From contig NC_087436.1 of assembly GCF_036321535.1 (NCBI RefSeq), positions 85,996,001 through 86,060,000 of the forward strand: DNA of 64,000 nucleotides. The letters are read 5' to 3'. The notes under the pieces are model-generated. The model saw only the letters and a program-made list of their open reading frames with translations, did not search any database and had not been told where the DNA came from. This stretch comes from Camelus dromedarius. Lineage: Eukaryota. Both the position numbers and the translations under genes were made by a program. Position 1 is the first letter of the stretch; the number at the start of each line of letters is the position of its first letter. Positions 25,872 through 38,096 of this stretch are shown here, in pieces.

Positions 25872-27730
25872 AAGAATGAAGAATCAGTAAGAATAAAGTA
25901 GATTGCTGCCTCACAACAATCATCAGAACTCTTAAATAAATTACAAGCACTTCATACTCCTCTTAAAGCTCTGCTAAGATCAAGGGAAGTAGGATTCTGA
26001 GCAGATGAAAGCATGCTGTATTTGCTTCCGGTGAAATGTGGGTGAACACTGCCTTCCATCTCTATGCTTCTCGCTTTGGGATAGAGAATGGAGTTGGGGA
26101 AAGCTGTTCCTGGGGTGCCTGTCCATAGTGCCCTTCTGTCTGCCTGCATGTCCCCTCCTAATTCCTGAGACTGTCCACTCCAGCCCCGCAGAGGCTAGTT
26201 CTCCAGGGGGGTGGAGTTGACTGGGAGGAGCCAAAATCTGGAACCAGACTTACTCACTGAGACAAGTACCAGGAGGCCAAACCACCCGCTGGTATCAGGT
26301 TTCTCGATGAAGTCCTAACTGCCCCTAAGCTGGTATTCAAGCGGGAGAAACAGACAACAAACACGTCCACATATGTAGTGAAGACATCCAGGCGAGTAAG
26401 GGGATGGGGGGTTGGAGGCGCTGTCTTACATCGGGAGGTTGGGGAAGGCCTTCCTGAGGCCTGAGGATGACATTGGAGACATCTCATCGGAGTGAACTAG
26501 GGAGCGAGTCACACGAGGTGGGGGAGGAGGGACTGAGGATGAGGAATCCCAAGTGCAGGGGCCCCTGAGGTAAAGGTGTGCTGTTTAAGAAAGATCAGGA
26601 AGCCCAACAGGGACTGAAGTGGCCGCATCCTCTAGCCCAGACCGGAATTCGCGTCTCCACCCCCTGCCCTGGGAGAGACCGGTTCCCTGGAGCGATCACT
26701 GGGACACCAATACCAGATCTGAGTGCAGGGAGGGACTGGGCCTTAGGAACCAGGCAGCAGTCAGTAGAGTTGGGACATGAGATGGACAAACAGCCAGTAT
26801 CTGGATGTGGAATCTCAAGGAAGGGGGTGGAAGGCTCTCCAGTCCACATCATCCCCACACAAAGTGCCGGTTACTCTTCTGTCTGTCTCTCCCCTCCCTT
26901 TTGTTTATTCCATCCTAGGCACATCTGCCAGCCAGCCAGGCACACATCTGCCTCCGATTCTTTGAACTTGCTCTTCTATCCTTCTGGAGCCCCCTTCTCC
27001 TGAGACCTCGGGACACATTCTGTCACTGACCTCAAGCCTTGCACAAATGTCACCTTCTCCGTGAGGCCCACCCTAACCACCCTCTTCCAACTTGCAAACC
27101 CAAAGAGTGGGAAGAAGCTCCCTGGCTGAGGAAGAAGAGGAGCCCCGAGAGGGTGCCTGGGCCAGCCGAGGATGAAAACCAAATGTCACAGCACTTCAGG
27201 TGCAAGTCCAGCTGTGTGGGTTCCAGACTGTCACCCCATCCTGGTACCCAGGACACCCTTCTCAGAGCCTTGAGAGATCGGGGGATCAAAACAAAATCTC
27301 TGGCGCTCACAGATGTACCACTAATACGTGGGTCTGTGTGCATGCATTTTTGAAAGAAAAAAACGTTTTGGGGAAGGAGAATATAGGCAATACATTTACA
27401 AGGTTCAAAATTCCAAACACACAAAAGGGTATTCAGTGAAAATCCCTCCTGCCCCTCCTGCCATTCAACTACCTGCTCTCCCCACTGAAAGCCGCAGGTG
27501 TTACCAGTATCTGGTGTATCTTTCTAGAGATATTTTCTAGATATCCTACTGAGCATGTTTGTATTTTCCATCTTTTACCCAAATGGTAGCCTACTATCCA
27601 TATGCTCTGTTATTTTTTTTTCATTTAAATGTTTTAAAGATATTCTCATTTTAGCTTCTTCACTCCTATTTATAGCTGCTTAGTAATCTCTTTGGGTGTA
27701 CTACCCTGTTTTATTTAAGCAGTTTCCTTT

Positions 27731-28012
27731 CTTAATTTTTTTTTATTGAAGTATAGTCAGTTTACAATGTTGTGTTAATTTCTGGTGTACGGCATAGTGA
27801 CTCAGATATACATATGTATGCATATATATATACTCCTTTTCATGTTCTTTTCCATTATAGGCTATTACAAGGTATTGAATATAGTTCCCTGTGCTGTACA
27901 ACAGAAACTCACAGACAGAAAACACACCTGCAGTTACAGGGCAGAGGGGTGGTGAGGCGGAGAAATGGGAGAGTGGAGGGATAAATACTAACTACCATAT
28001 ATGAAATAGATG
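27731..28012 (-). mobile_element. Short L1 insertion with 5' inversion, inside an older L1M relic
   Basis: 27731-~27900 is an L1 3' end on the minus strand with poly-T. ~27902-28012 is the adjacent upstream L1 3'UTR segment on the plus strand. TSD agcagtttccttt (27718-27730) / agcagttcccttt (28013-28025). Confidence 0.8.
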
Positions 28013-30469
28013 AGCAGTTCCCTTTTGATGAGTGTGTGGCTTTTCAAATGCTTTGATGTTGAAAACAGTAGTGCAGAGAACGCCTTTGTGCACAGGTCCC
28101 TTCACCACAGGTAAATTCCAGCAGGTGGGATTGCTGGACTAAGGTACGAGCATTCTCAGTTTTGGCAGACAGCACCACACTGTCCTTCCTAGGGAAGGCC
28201 CTCTGTGTGAGTGTGTGTGTGGTTTCATCTCAGCCCTCTCAGGCAGAGAAGCTAAGACTGCTAAAATATGACTACTACAGCACAAAATCCACCACCTCTG
28301 TGTTCAGGGCCTGGCACATAGTTGGAGCCCAGTGAATGCTTGTTAGCTAAGTGGACAGGAGGATGAGTGGATAGTAGATGGGTGGGTGGAGAGATGGATG
28401 TACGAAAAAACCAGCGATGAAGCTCAAGACAGATCCAGTACAGCGTCCTTCCAGAAGTTCTCTCTCAAAACTCCAGCCTACACTTGCTGCTCTCCCTTTT
28501 TGCTGCCAGGGCCACAGAGTTTAAGACTTAATTGTTCTCTGCTTCATATGTGTTCCTTTGTGTCCTCAAATGAAAAGTAAATTCCTAATGGGCTGAGAAC
28601 ACAGAGAACAGCAGTAAAGAGCATGGCCGAGGGACTACCAGCTCCACCTTTGCTAGCCTCTGGGCAAGTTACTAAATTGACATGGCACCGATTGCCTTGT
28701 ATTTCAAATGGAGATGATTACACTCATACCTACGTACCTATCTGCCTACCCCATAGGTGCTGTTGAGGGAATAGAACACACTAATGCTAGTAATGAACTT
28801 ACAACATGTCTGGCCAATAGGAAGCCATCAGTAATAAACTTAGAACGTGCCTGGCCAGTCACAATGTGATTGTGCTTCTATTGTATCTCCTCCATCGCCT
28901 AGAATAATGGTGGGCACACGAAAGGCATTCCACTCATATTCCACCACTGATTCCATATACTTTAATTAAGAATCAATTTTAGTTCGAGGTTACCATTTTT
29001 CCGGCATGCATATTGCTTTGATTCCTGCTGAACATCCTAAACCTTATCTGCCTAGCTCGGGTCAAGGTAAGCTTTGAACAAGTATACATTAACTTATTCC
29101 ATGAATATTTAATTTTAAGTTCTATGAGCTCAGATTACAGCAATGAACAGGACAGCAAAATCTTTGTCCTCATAAAGGCTTCATTTTAGCCTGCGGAGCT
29201 AGCTGAAAGAGGCAGCCATTCTGGGGAGTTCAATGCACGACATGACTTTATTTTCGGAGGTGCAGAGGCAAAATTATTCGAATTGTCTTGTCGACACCTC
29301 CCAAACGTATCTGGCTATTTGCTTTGCTCCCTGGTTAATTTATTTTAGCCATGAAGCTTTACCTAAACGCTCTGAATTTCCTCTTTCTTCAATATCTCTT
29401 TAATGAGATCCCCTCTCCCGCTCACCTCCTTGATCTTGCTTCTCAAATAGAGTTGCTAATGATGTGTGCATGTGCCAGACTTGCACAAATGTTGAGCTGC
29501 AAACCGCTCCATGTCTGTTAATTTCACCCTCAGTTCGGGCGGGGATCCTTGAGTTACAGCAGATGCTGCTTCCCCGGGGTTTTCGCGCCCATCCATCAGC
29601 TTTGTTGTTGAGGGAGGATAGGGAAGTTTCCCCCAAGACTGCCGTCTGAATATAATTTATTGTGTTCTGAAAGAAAAGTGGAAAGAAGAAAAGGTACTGA
29701 TAGGCGATAGAAGAAATGAATAGTAATGACAAATGGCCGATTTCAGGTTCAGAGGAACGTGCTTGCAAGCCAATAAATGATTGCAATGGCCAGGTGAAAT
29801 TCTCCACAGCTGTGTCAAATGGGCTCCTAAACCGCCAAGGTGCCTGCTGTGGGGTCCTGTGGGGAGTTCAGATTGATAATTATAATAAAGAAACTAATAA
29901 AATCGTCACGGAGCGTTTAAGAGCACGGACACTATACAGAGGGCATGGATTTGAACCCCAGCTCCACCCTCGGGAACGTTTACTTAATATTTCCTCCTGT
30001 GTAAATGGGGATAATAGTAACACCTTACTCACAGAAGGATCAAATGAGTCAACATATAGAAAGTGACTAGAACAGGACCTCGCACTCACAAAGCTCCACA
30101 TTGATGATCGCTCTGTTGTTAACGGTGAATTTTGCTCTCTGCCAGGTCCCACCCTAAGCCTATCCGTCCACAGCTTCACTCTGCTCTGTCCACCACCACA
30201 TTTGACACTGTGATTGCCCTCCTTTTCTAGAGGAGGGAATGACCATGTGCTTCCAGATCCACTTGAACTTCTGACTTTGTTCTTCCCCTTATTCAGGTTT
30301 TATGTGAGTGTCTTCCGTTTGTTTATTCATTTGCATTTCCAATTATGTCTAGAAAAAAATCTGTAAGGCTGGAAATAAATGCTCCAAAACTACTCATAGG
30401 ATTATGAGGGTCTACTTTCCTTCCTTCAACTTTTCTGTATTTTACAGCTTAAAAAAAAAAAATAATTGT

Positions 30470-31753
30470 GGGGCGCCACCCCTGCCGCCATGAATACAGA
30501 GGCTTTGTACGGAGTCCGTTCTTAGTGCTCAATCGCCCCAACCCAAGGCTGAAGACGCCGCCCTGGGTGCACACGCCCTGGGCAGTGACGGTATGCGCTC
30601 TGATGGCGATGTCTTAGTTCCTCATTGCCGGAGGGATAATTTACGATACTACCGATGAGCATGCGCAGCAGAGGCGCACAGCTGTCTTTACCTACGGAGT
30701 AAATGGACAAAATGCTATGAAGGACTCACGTCCAGCTTCCTGTCTACAGTGGGAGGTCTGGGCTTCATAATCCCTGATTGATCCGAGGCACATAACACTC
30801 CAAAAATCAATAGATTTCTTCCTCTATTCATTGGATTCATCTGGGTCCTATTGAGTTTTTTCATGACTGGAGTAGAGCATTTACGAGAATGAAGCGCCGG
30901 GCTATCTGCTGGGTTAGAGTTCCTTTTGGGAAGAAATCAGAGGATACTGGATTTGCTCCTGTTCAGGGAGTTTAAAGGCTGTACCACGTCCTCTGGTGTG
31001 AAATATGGAAAAGGATGAGGGAAAAGCAGCAGAAAAGAAGCATCTAGTGAAAACATAGGAAGCATATTAAAAGCTTGGACTAGAGTGTCTTCCGGGTATC
31101 AAGGAGCCAGACTTACAGCAATGTCTTTTCTGCCTGCCTAGACTGACAAGCCAGTGGTGTTCCGGGGCATTTTCTTCTTAGTTTTTCATTTCTTAAAGAA
31201 AATATTCTCCATCACTACAGCTATAATATTGAATGCAATGATTTTTTTGGAACCCCCTTAACATTTTTGGAGATGATACTTCTTTTTTTTAAACATTTTT
31301 TAATTGAAGTATAGTTAATTTACAATGTTGTATTAGTTTCTGGTGTACAACATAGTGATTCAGTTATACATACATATACTTTTTCATATTTTTTTATTAC
31401 AGGTTACTACAAGCCGTTGAATATAGTTCCCTGTGTCATACAGTAGGACCTTGATGTTTATCTATTCTGAACATAGTAGTTTGTATCTGCCAGTCCCAGA
31501 CTCCCAGTTTATCCCTCACTCCCTGTTCTCCCCTATAGTAACCATAAGTTTGCTTTCTATGTCTGTGAGTCTGTTTCAGTTTTGTAAATAAGTTCATCTG
31601 TGTCATTTTTGTTTATATTCCACATATAAGTGATATCATGTGGTATTTGTCTTTTTCTGTCTGACTATTCACTTAGTATGATAATCTCTAGGTTCATTCA
31701 TGTTGCTGCAAATGGCATTATTTTATTATTTTTTATGGCTGAGTAATATTCCA

Positions 31754-31806
<53 letters not shown>

Positions 31807-32221
31807 ACATCTTTATCCAGTCATTTGTCGATGGACATTTAGGTTGCTTCCATATCTTGGCTGTTGTAAATAGTGCTACTATGAACATTGGGGTGAATGT
31901 ATCTTTTCCAATTAGAGTTTTCTCCAGACATATGCCCAGGAGTAGGATTGCTAGATCATATGGTAAGTCTATTTTTAGTTTTTTAAGGAAACTTCATACT
32001 GTTTGGAGATGAAATTTCTGACTTTCAGAAATTAATGTAAAATCAGGAAGTGAGATCCCATAAGGTGTGTGCCCTGGACAGCCAATCAGCTTTACCTGGG
32101 GTGCTTTGCCTTTAAACAGAGCGTGTGACAGTATGTTACCTCAGTTATACATGTAAGAATGTTTCCTCAACAGTAGGATGTGTGAAAGCAGTAGAAATAA
32201 TTTTTCTAATTAAAAAAGGAT
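30470..32221 (+). pseudogene. OSTC: Processed pseudogene of oligosaccharyltransferase subunit OSTC (DC2)
   Basis: Manual translation of 30496-30917 across frameshifts gives [117 protein letters not shown]. This matches recalled OSTC ([29 protein letters not shown]...GGIIYD...GGLGFIILD...KLPGYLMG). Intronless, with stops, frameshifts and a ~30-nt deletion. The 3'UTR runs to an A-tract at ~32212. TSD aataattgt at 30461-30469 and 32222-32230. Confidence 0.92.
31284..32001 (-). mobile_element. 5'-truncated L1 inserted in the OSTC pseudogene 3'UTR
   Basis: Cetartiodactyl-type L1 3' end (ttaattgaagtatagtt..tttacaatgttgt). 18-bp TSD tttggagatgatacttct (31266-31283) / tttggagatgaaatttct (32002-32019). 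Contains (CA)n at ~31755-31805. Confidence 0.9.
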
Positions 32222-33144
32222 AATAATTGTATGCTATTTTTTTACAATGGAACAAATAAAATGAATCTTTTAAAAATAGAGGAAGAGCAGATTTAATTCA
32301 TTCTCCCTCTTCCTCAGATGGGTAGTACCAACCTCTTCATCAGAGCATATTCACAAGAAATCAGGGACGCAGTGGCATGTGCAGGACGAGACTGGCTGCT
32401 GCTGTCCTCGCTGCTTGCTGAGGGGTTGTTGCTCTGTCTGGGGACTTGCTTGACCTGTGAGATGAGCCTGCCAACAACATAATTCCCTACGAGGAATCTG
32501 ACTTACATGTACTGTACTGGGAAATACTGCATCTGAATGAAGGTACATCTAGACCCTAAATCATTTAAAATTAGAATGAAAATAAATAACAGCAGCAGCA
32601 GCAGCACCTCCCCTACAAAAGGGTAAACTGCTTAAATTCCAGGTGGTTTTGTTAGATCCCTGTGAATTGGGCGTTTCTATTATCAGGTCCCCGGCCTGAT
32701 TCTGAGGTTCATTAGATGGTACCTGGCAGCTATGGAGATCATTTCTCCTTTAACAATACCACTCCAGCTTTCATTTATCTTTTCCAGTTTCCCGCTCACT
32801 TGAAAATCTGTTGAGAAGAGATTATAGGCTTGATAGTTTTGATAGAAAAAAGGAAAAAATAAAACAAAGTCAATCCTGCCTCACATTCACCCTATTGAAG
32901 AAAGAATCTTGAGAGCCTGAGGGTAGATTGTCTGAGCTGCAGTATTCAATGGGGATTCGAAATACTTCTCAATCTATAGTGTCTACCAATCCTTGGCCTC
33001 TTGTGGAAGATGTATGAAGACAATGGAAGCAAAGTATATGTCCTCTCTATACAACCCCCACTCCAATTTGACAACTTATTGTAACAATAGAAACTCAAAG
33101 GGATAAATTAGAATTGTGCAAAATGTCAAAATATGATAGAACTT

Positions 33145-33632
33145 TATATTAGTTATGGATTACCAAAATAATGCCGTACAATAAATCACCCACGACTTAG
33201 TGGCTTAAAATAGCAACTAGGTAATGATTTCTCAGCTGAGCCAGCCTTGCCACATTTCTGCTCATCTAGGTCAGCCTTGGCTCATCTTTCCTTGGTTCAC
33301 CTAAGCGTCTCTGATCAGCTGGTGGTTGGTTGGGGCCCAGACCTCTGTTGGGCTGACTTGGCCCTAATCCACGCAGTCTCTCCTCCTCCAGCAGGCTAGC
33401 CCAGGCTAGTGAGGGTGTGCACACAATCTCTGAGTCCTAGGCTCAGAACTACCACTCAGTCGCTTCCACTGCATCTCATTGGTCAAAGCTTACCAGGAGC
33501 CCAGCCCACATTCCAGGGATGGGGAAACAGATTCTATATCTTAATGGGAATAGTTGTGAAGTCATGTTGCAAAGGGTGAAGATATAAGGAGGGGTGAAAG
33601 ATTGGGGCCATGTTTGCAATCCACCTACCACA
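33145..33632 (-). mobile_element. MaLR LTR (older MLT1 subfamily)
   Basis: acttagtggcttaaaatagc ... cttccactgcatctcattggtcaaag ... attggggccatgtttgcaatccacctaccaca. Confidence 0.65.
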
Positions 33633-33986
33633 AACTTGAAACATGATAGCACGTGAGTTTACCCTAGTTGTGAAATCCATTGCGTTGTTGAAATTGTTCT
33701 GAGACAGTGCAAATCATAGGACTTTCATCAAAATAGGAGCTAAAAATACTCAAAATTTTAATCAAGGACCATCTGAGAAGACATCAGTCACCACCACATC
33801 AGATCTTGTTCCCGACCCCCTATCCAGAGGGTTTTCCTTCCCGCAGGGTCTCCTGATCTCTGGGTTTTTCGAACATAGTCAAGTTTTGATGAAATGTAGA
33901 GATATAACTTGGGCAATTTTTCTGTACCTGAAAAGCACCCTCTTTGAAATGTAACTCCAAAAATTCATATTCAAAATTGTATACAA

Positions 33987-34125
33987 GGGGGAGGGTTTAG
34001 CTCTAGTGGTAGAGTGCATGCCTAGCATGCACAAGGTCCTAGGTTCAATTCCCAGTACCTCCATAATAAATTAATAAATTAAATAAATAAATAAACTTAA
34101 TTACCTCCTACAACCCCCCTACAAA
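33987..34125 (+). mobile_element. tRNA-derived SINE (Vic-1-like, long form)
   Basis: ggggagggtttagctctagtggtagagtgcatgcctagcatgcacaaggtcctaggttcaattcccagtacctcc, then (aaat)n, then aaacttaattacctcc. Confidence 0.9.
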
Positions 34126-35469
34126 AACTGAGTACATACTAAGTCTGCAGCCATGGAAAGCTGTGTACATGAAGGGAGAAAGATGGACGGTGAATACGAA
34201 AAAGGGAAAATAGTTAAATTCAAATGATGAGATGGTTGTGTTTTTCTCATTTTTCAAAACGGTCTGTAATGCTGGAGTTACACTGTCTAACAATAAAAAA
34301 GGAGGAGATGTAAATAAGTTGAAAGCAAAGATTAATGAGCATTTATCTTCAATATTGTACACATTATACAACAGCAAAAACTCATATTGTCTTTTCATTT
34401 CATAATTCTAGAGGCTGACAATGAAATATTCAAATGCCAAGAAACACAAAAGCGCTTCAGAATTATACTTGAGGAAGAGTTATGTGACTCCACTCTCATT
34501 ACTTAATTCATACAAAGTGACTTAAATAAGTGGTTTTATCTTCATCGTGTGGATTTTTTTTTTTTTTTTTTATTTAGTAGAGTTCTATGAAGGTGTCTAA
34601 TGATGACAAGCCAGCAGGGCCCATGAGCTGAAGCATATTAACAATGCACTCACAGTAACTTGAAAAAAAATAACAAAAGAATAATCATGGTTATATATTC
34701 TCTGGGAGGTTTTGAATACAAATGCAAAAATGTGGGTAAATGTCACAATGAATGTATCTGAAGCCAAAAAGAAAAACCTGGCTCAGTAGGAAACATTTTA
34801 ACTTTGAGCATCAGATAATAAAATTAACTTAATGTAACAGAAAAAGAAACACATTTCATATTTTGTTTTCCAGAGTTTAGCAGAAACCTTTTAATCTTAA
34901 TCAGAAACTTGATAAAAGAATGCAGCACTGTCTGAATCAGAAAAGTCATTTTTTTCCTTAAGACAATTTTGTAGCTTGTGAGAGGTGAACTGATGATTCC
35001 ATCCTGTTCTTAGATCCCACCCCTGTGTCCTACTTCCCTACCAAGACCAGAAATAACCACACTAAGAACATTTTATATCCATGCCATATTGATTCTTTCC
35101 AAAGTATTTTTGCACACATTTTTTCATGCAATGCTCTTCCAACACAGTGGATTAAATAGCACAGACATTATCATCCCCATTTCACTAATAAAGAAACCAA
35201 GACACAAAGAAATGTAAGCAACTTGTTCGAGAACATTCAAAGGGTAAGTGGCAGGACTGGTTAAGGTCACCTTTATGAGCAGTGTGAAAGGACACTAGGA
35301 GATGACACCTACTACTAAGAAAAAATATATAATATTACATGCTTGTTAGAAATCAAAACTACAAATGCAAAAAGAAAATCATTTAAAATGCCCATAATTC
35401 AACTTATCAGAGAGAAACACATGTAGCATCTTGGAGTCTCTCCTCCTTCCCTTCCTTCCTTCTTTCCTT

Positions 35470-35503
<34 letters not shown>

Positions 35504-36375
35504 TAGGTAACACCACAGTGACCATCCTCATGTATAATTCTGGTCATTTCTGATTTCCTTGAAGAATAGGATAAGAAGAATTTTCAGGGTTTTGCTACAT
35601 TTTGGAAAATCAACATTCAGAAATAACATGCCATTTTGTTCTGCCACTGGCATCTGTCGAATCTTGTAACTTCAAGACTTGGAAAAATTGGCCTGTATCA
35701 CAACCATATTCCAAGTGGATGCAGTATGTGTGGTTCCTGCTGGACCACCATTCACTCAGTGCTCAGTGCGCCTGAGACCCCACAATAAAAGCTCGCTGAT
35801 GCCTCTTGTTTGACACTGCGGGTCTGGTACAGGAAAAAATGTGCAGGCTCGGGAACCACTGCCTCTGGGGAAAAGATTGCTAACACTTCCACTTGTGAGC
35901 TCTGCCCCTTTGGTCAAGGTGTTTTACCTCTCTGTCTTTCACATGGGAGTACCACTCCCTACCTCACAGGACTGCAGCAAGCTTTAGATGAAATGATGAT
36001 GCGAAGCACCTGGCAAGAAGCTTGTCCTTGTTCAATACTTTTCCCCATCCCCCATCCCACCAGATCCCCCTTCTTCAGGGTCCCCACCCACCAATGTCCT
36101 CATCTCATCCCCCCCTAAAACTGTACTATTGGTTCCCTAACAGTTTAGGATTCTGACTTTAAAGAAATTATTTATACCTCTTTAATTTGATTGGATGTCA
36201 AAAGTCTCTGAAGGTGTGTAGTTTGAAAATTCAGGGAGAGGAGTTCCTTCTATGACATCTCCAGATCCCCTTTGGCTGGAGGTTACTACATCCACCCTTT
36301 GAGTAACAACCAGGCTCTTTGAGCCAACAGCCTCTCAAATAAAATCTCCCTTTGGTTTAAAAAGAACCTCATTTG

Positions 36376-36618
36376 AGGGAGGGGGGATAAATTAGGAGTT
36401 TGGGATTAACAGATACACAGTACTATATATAAAATAAACAACAAGGACCTACTGTATAGCACAGGGAACTATATTCAATATCTTGTGATAAGCTATAATG
36501 GATAAGAATCTGAAAATATGTGTGTGTGTGTGTATCTATATGTACAACTGAATCACTATGCTGTACACCTGAAACTGACATTATAAATCAACTACATTTC
36601 AATAAAACTAAAATTTAA
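36376..36618 (+). mobile_element. Short L1 3'-end insertion
   Basis: gggataaattaggagtttgggattaacagatacac...ctgtatagcacagggaactatattcaata...aataaa. TSD aaaaagaacctc/aaaaagagcctc. Confidence 0.85.
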
Positions 36619-37042
36619 AAAAAGAGCCTCCCTTGGAGTAATGCCTGTGTGATGCTGTGGTTTTCTGGGTTGAACATCTACCAACAACAGTAGAATCAAC
36701 ACCAAGAAGTTTTTAGCCATTTACAAAGTCGTAACTGCAAGTTGTGTTCCATTTCTTTCCATCTGCAGCCATTTAATGTATGAATTCAAAATGAACTCAT
36801 GACCAAATACCACTTGAATTCATGGGGTTTTTTGGTGGGGAGAGCTGGGGGTTGGAGAGAGGCAGATTTTTACTCAGTATTTATTAGATGATTCATTTGA
36901 TGAGTGTTTATTTAGCACTTGCCATGTGCCAGGAACTGAGATAGGTGCTGCAGATCAGAGGTGAATGAGAAAAACACAGTCCTGTCCTCAAGAAGCTTAT
37001 AGTCTATGCCAGAGACAGACAAGAAGCAATAGTTGGCAAACA

Positions 37043-37186
37043 CGTAATGGAAAAGAAACTGAAAATACATGTATGTATGTATGTACATATGTATGTATGT
37101 ATGTGTATAACTGAATTGCTTTGCTATACACCTGAAATTAACACTGTAAATCAACTACACTTCAACAATAAATAAGGATAAAAAAA
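37043..37186 (+). mobile_element. Short L1 3'-end insertion within L2
   Basis: taatggaaaagaa...gctatacacctgaaattaacactgtaaatcaactacacttcaa plus A tail. TSD aatagttggcaaaca/aacagatggcaaaca. Confidence 0.8.
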
Positions 37187-38096
37187 AACAGATGGCAAAC
37201 AAAAATGCCACAGAAAACACTGTACGCTGTAAAATCATGATAAGAGCCACAAAGAAGCAAAGGAAATGCCTTGATTATTTCTGGGGCACCTAATCTAGGG
37301 AGGAGGGTGATGTTGCAACCAGACCCTCAATGATGACTAGGAAGAAAAAGAGTAAGTCATGGGAGATTTTTCTTTCCTACAATGATCAGGATTATAGATC
37401 TGCCCACAGGCACTTCCAGAACCTGCCATTCCTCCATCAAGTGGTGAAGCACATACCCCTCTCCCTTAGTCCCTGGGCAGGTCTGTGCAACTGCCTTAGC
37501 CAGTAGAGCACATTGGAAAAGATGCTGCATGACTTTTGAGAGAGGTCACCAAAGGTAGTGAGTCATCCAATCACCCTTCCCTCTTGCAAGCTGCCTTTGG
37601 GACCCAGAGAGGCCCCTGTGGAGAACGGAGGCCCCAGTCCCTGGCTGAGCTGACAGCAGCAGATCACTGGCCAGGTGAGGGAGGTGCAGATGCTGCGAGA
37701 TGTGTGGATATGGCGGTGGGAAGAGGCTGGCGCTCCTCTTGAACCGTACCTGTTTTCTCTGAGCGGTTAAAGCTAAGTTATCAGCCCGGAGTGAGGGGTG
37801 TTGGAGAAATGGGGAGGTCTGGAATCTGTGGAGTGAAGGAGAGTAAGCAGATTAGAAAGACACAATAAGATTACCAGGCAGCATAGAGATTATTGAACAT
37901 TACTGAAATGAGCATATTTGAAATGATATCAATCTATGAGATTTTCTCCTGAATCTCTCAATCATTTGGGAGTAGGCATGGAGAAGGCAGGTGGTTGGGG
38001 CTGGGTTTTTCCAGAATTGTGAGACAGGTAGGACAGAAAGGTAACAGAAGGGGTTGGCCGTATTTACAAGAGAATAGCTATAAAGATGAATCTAGG

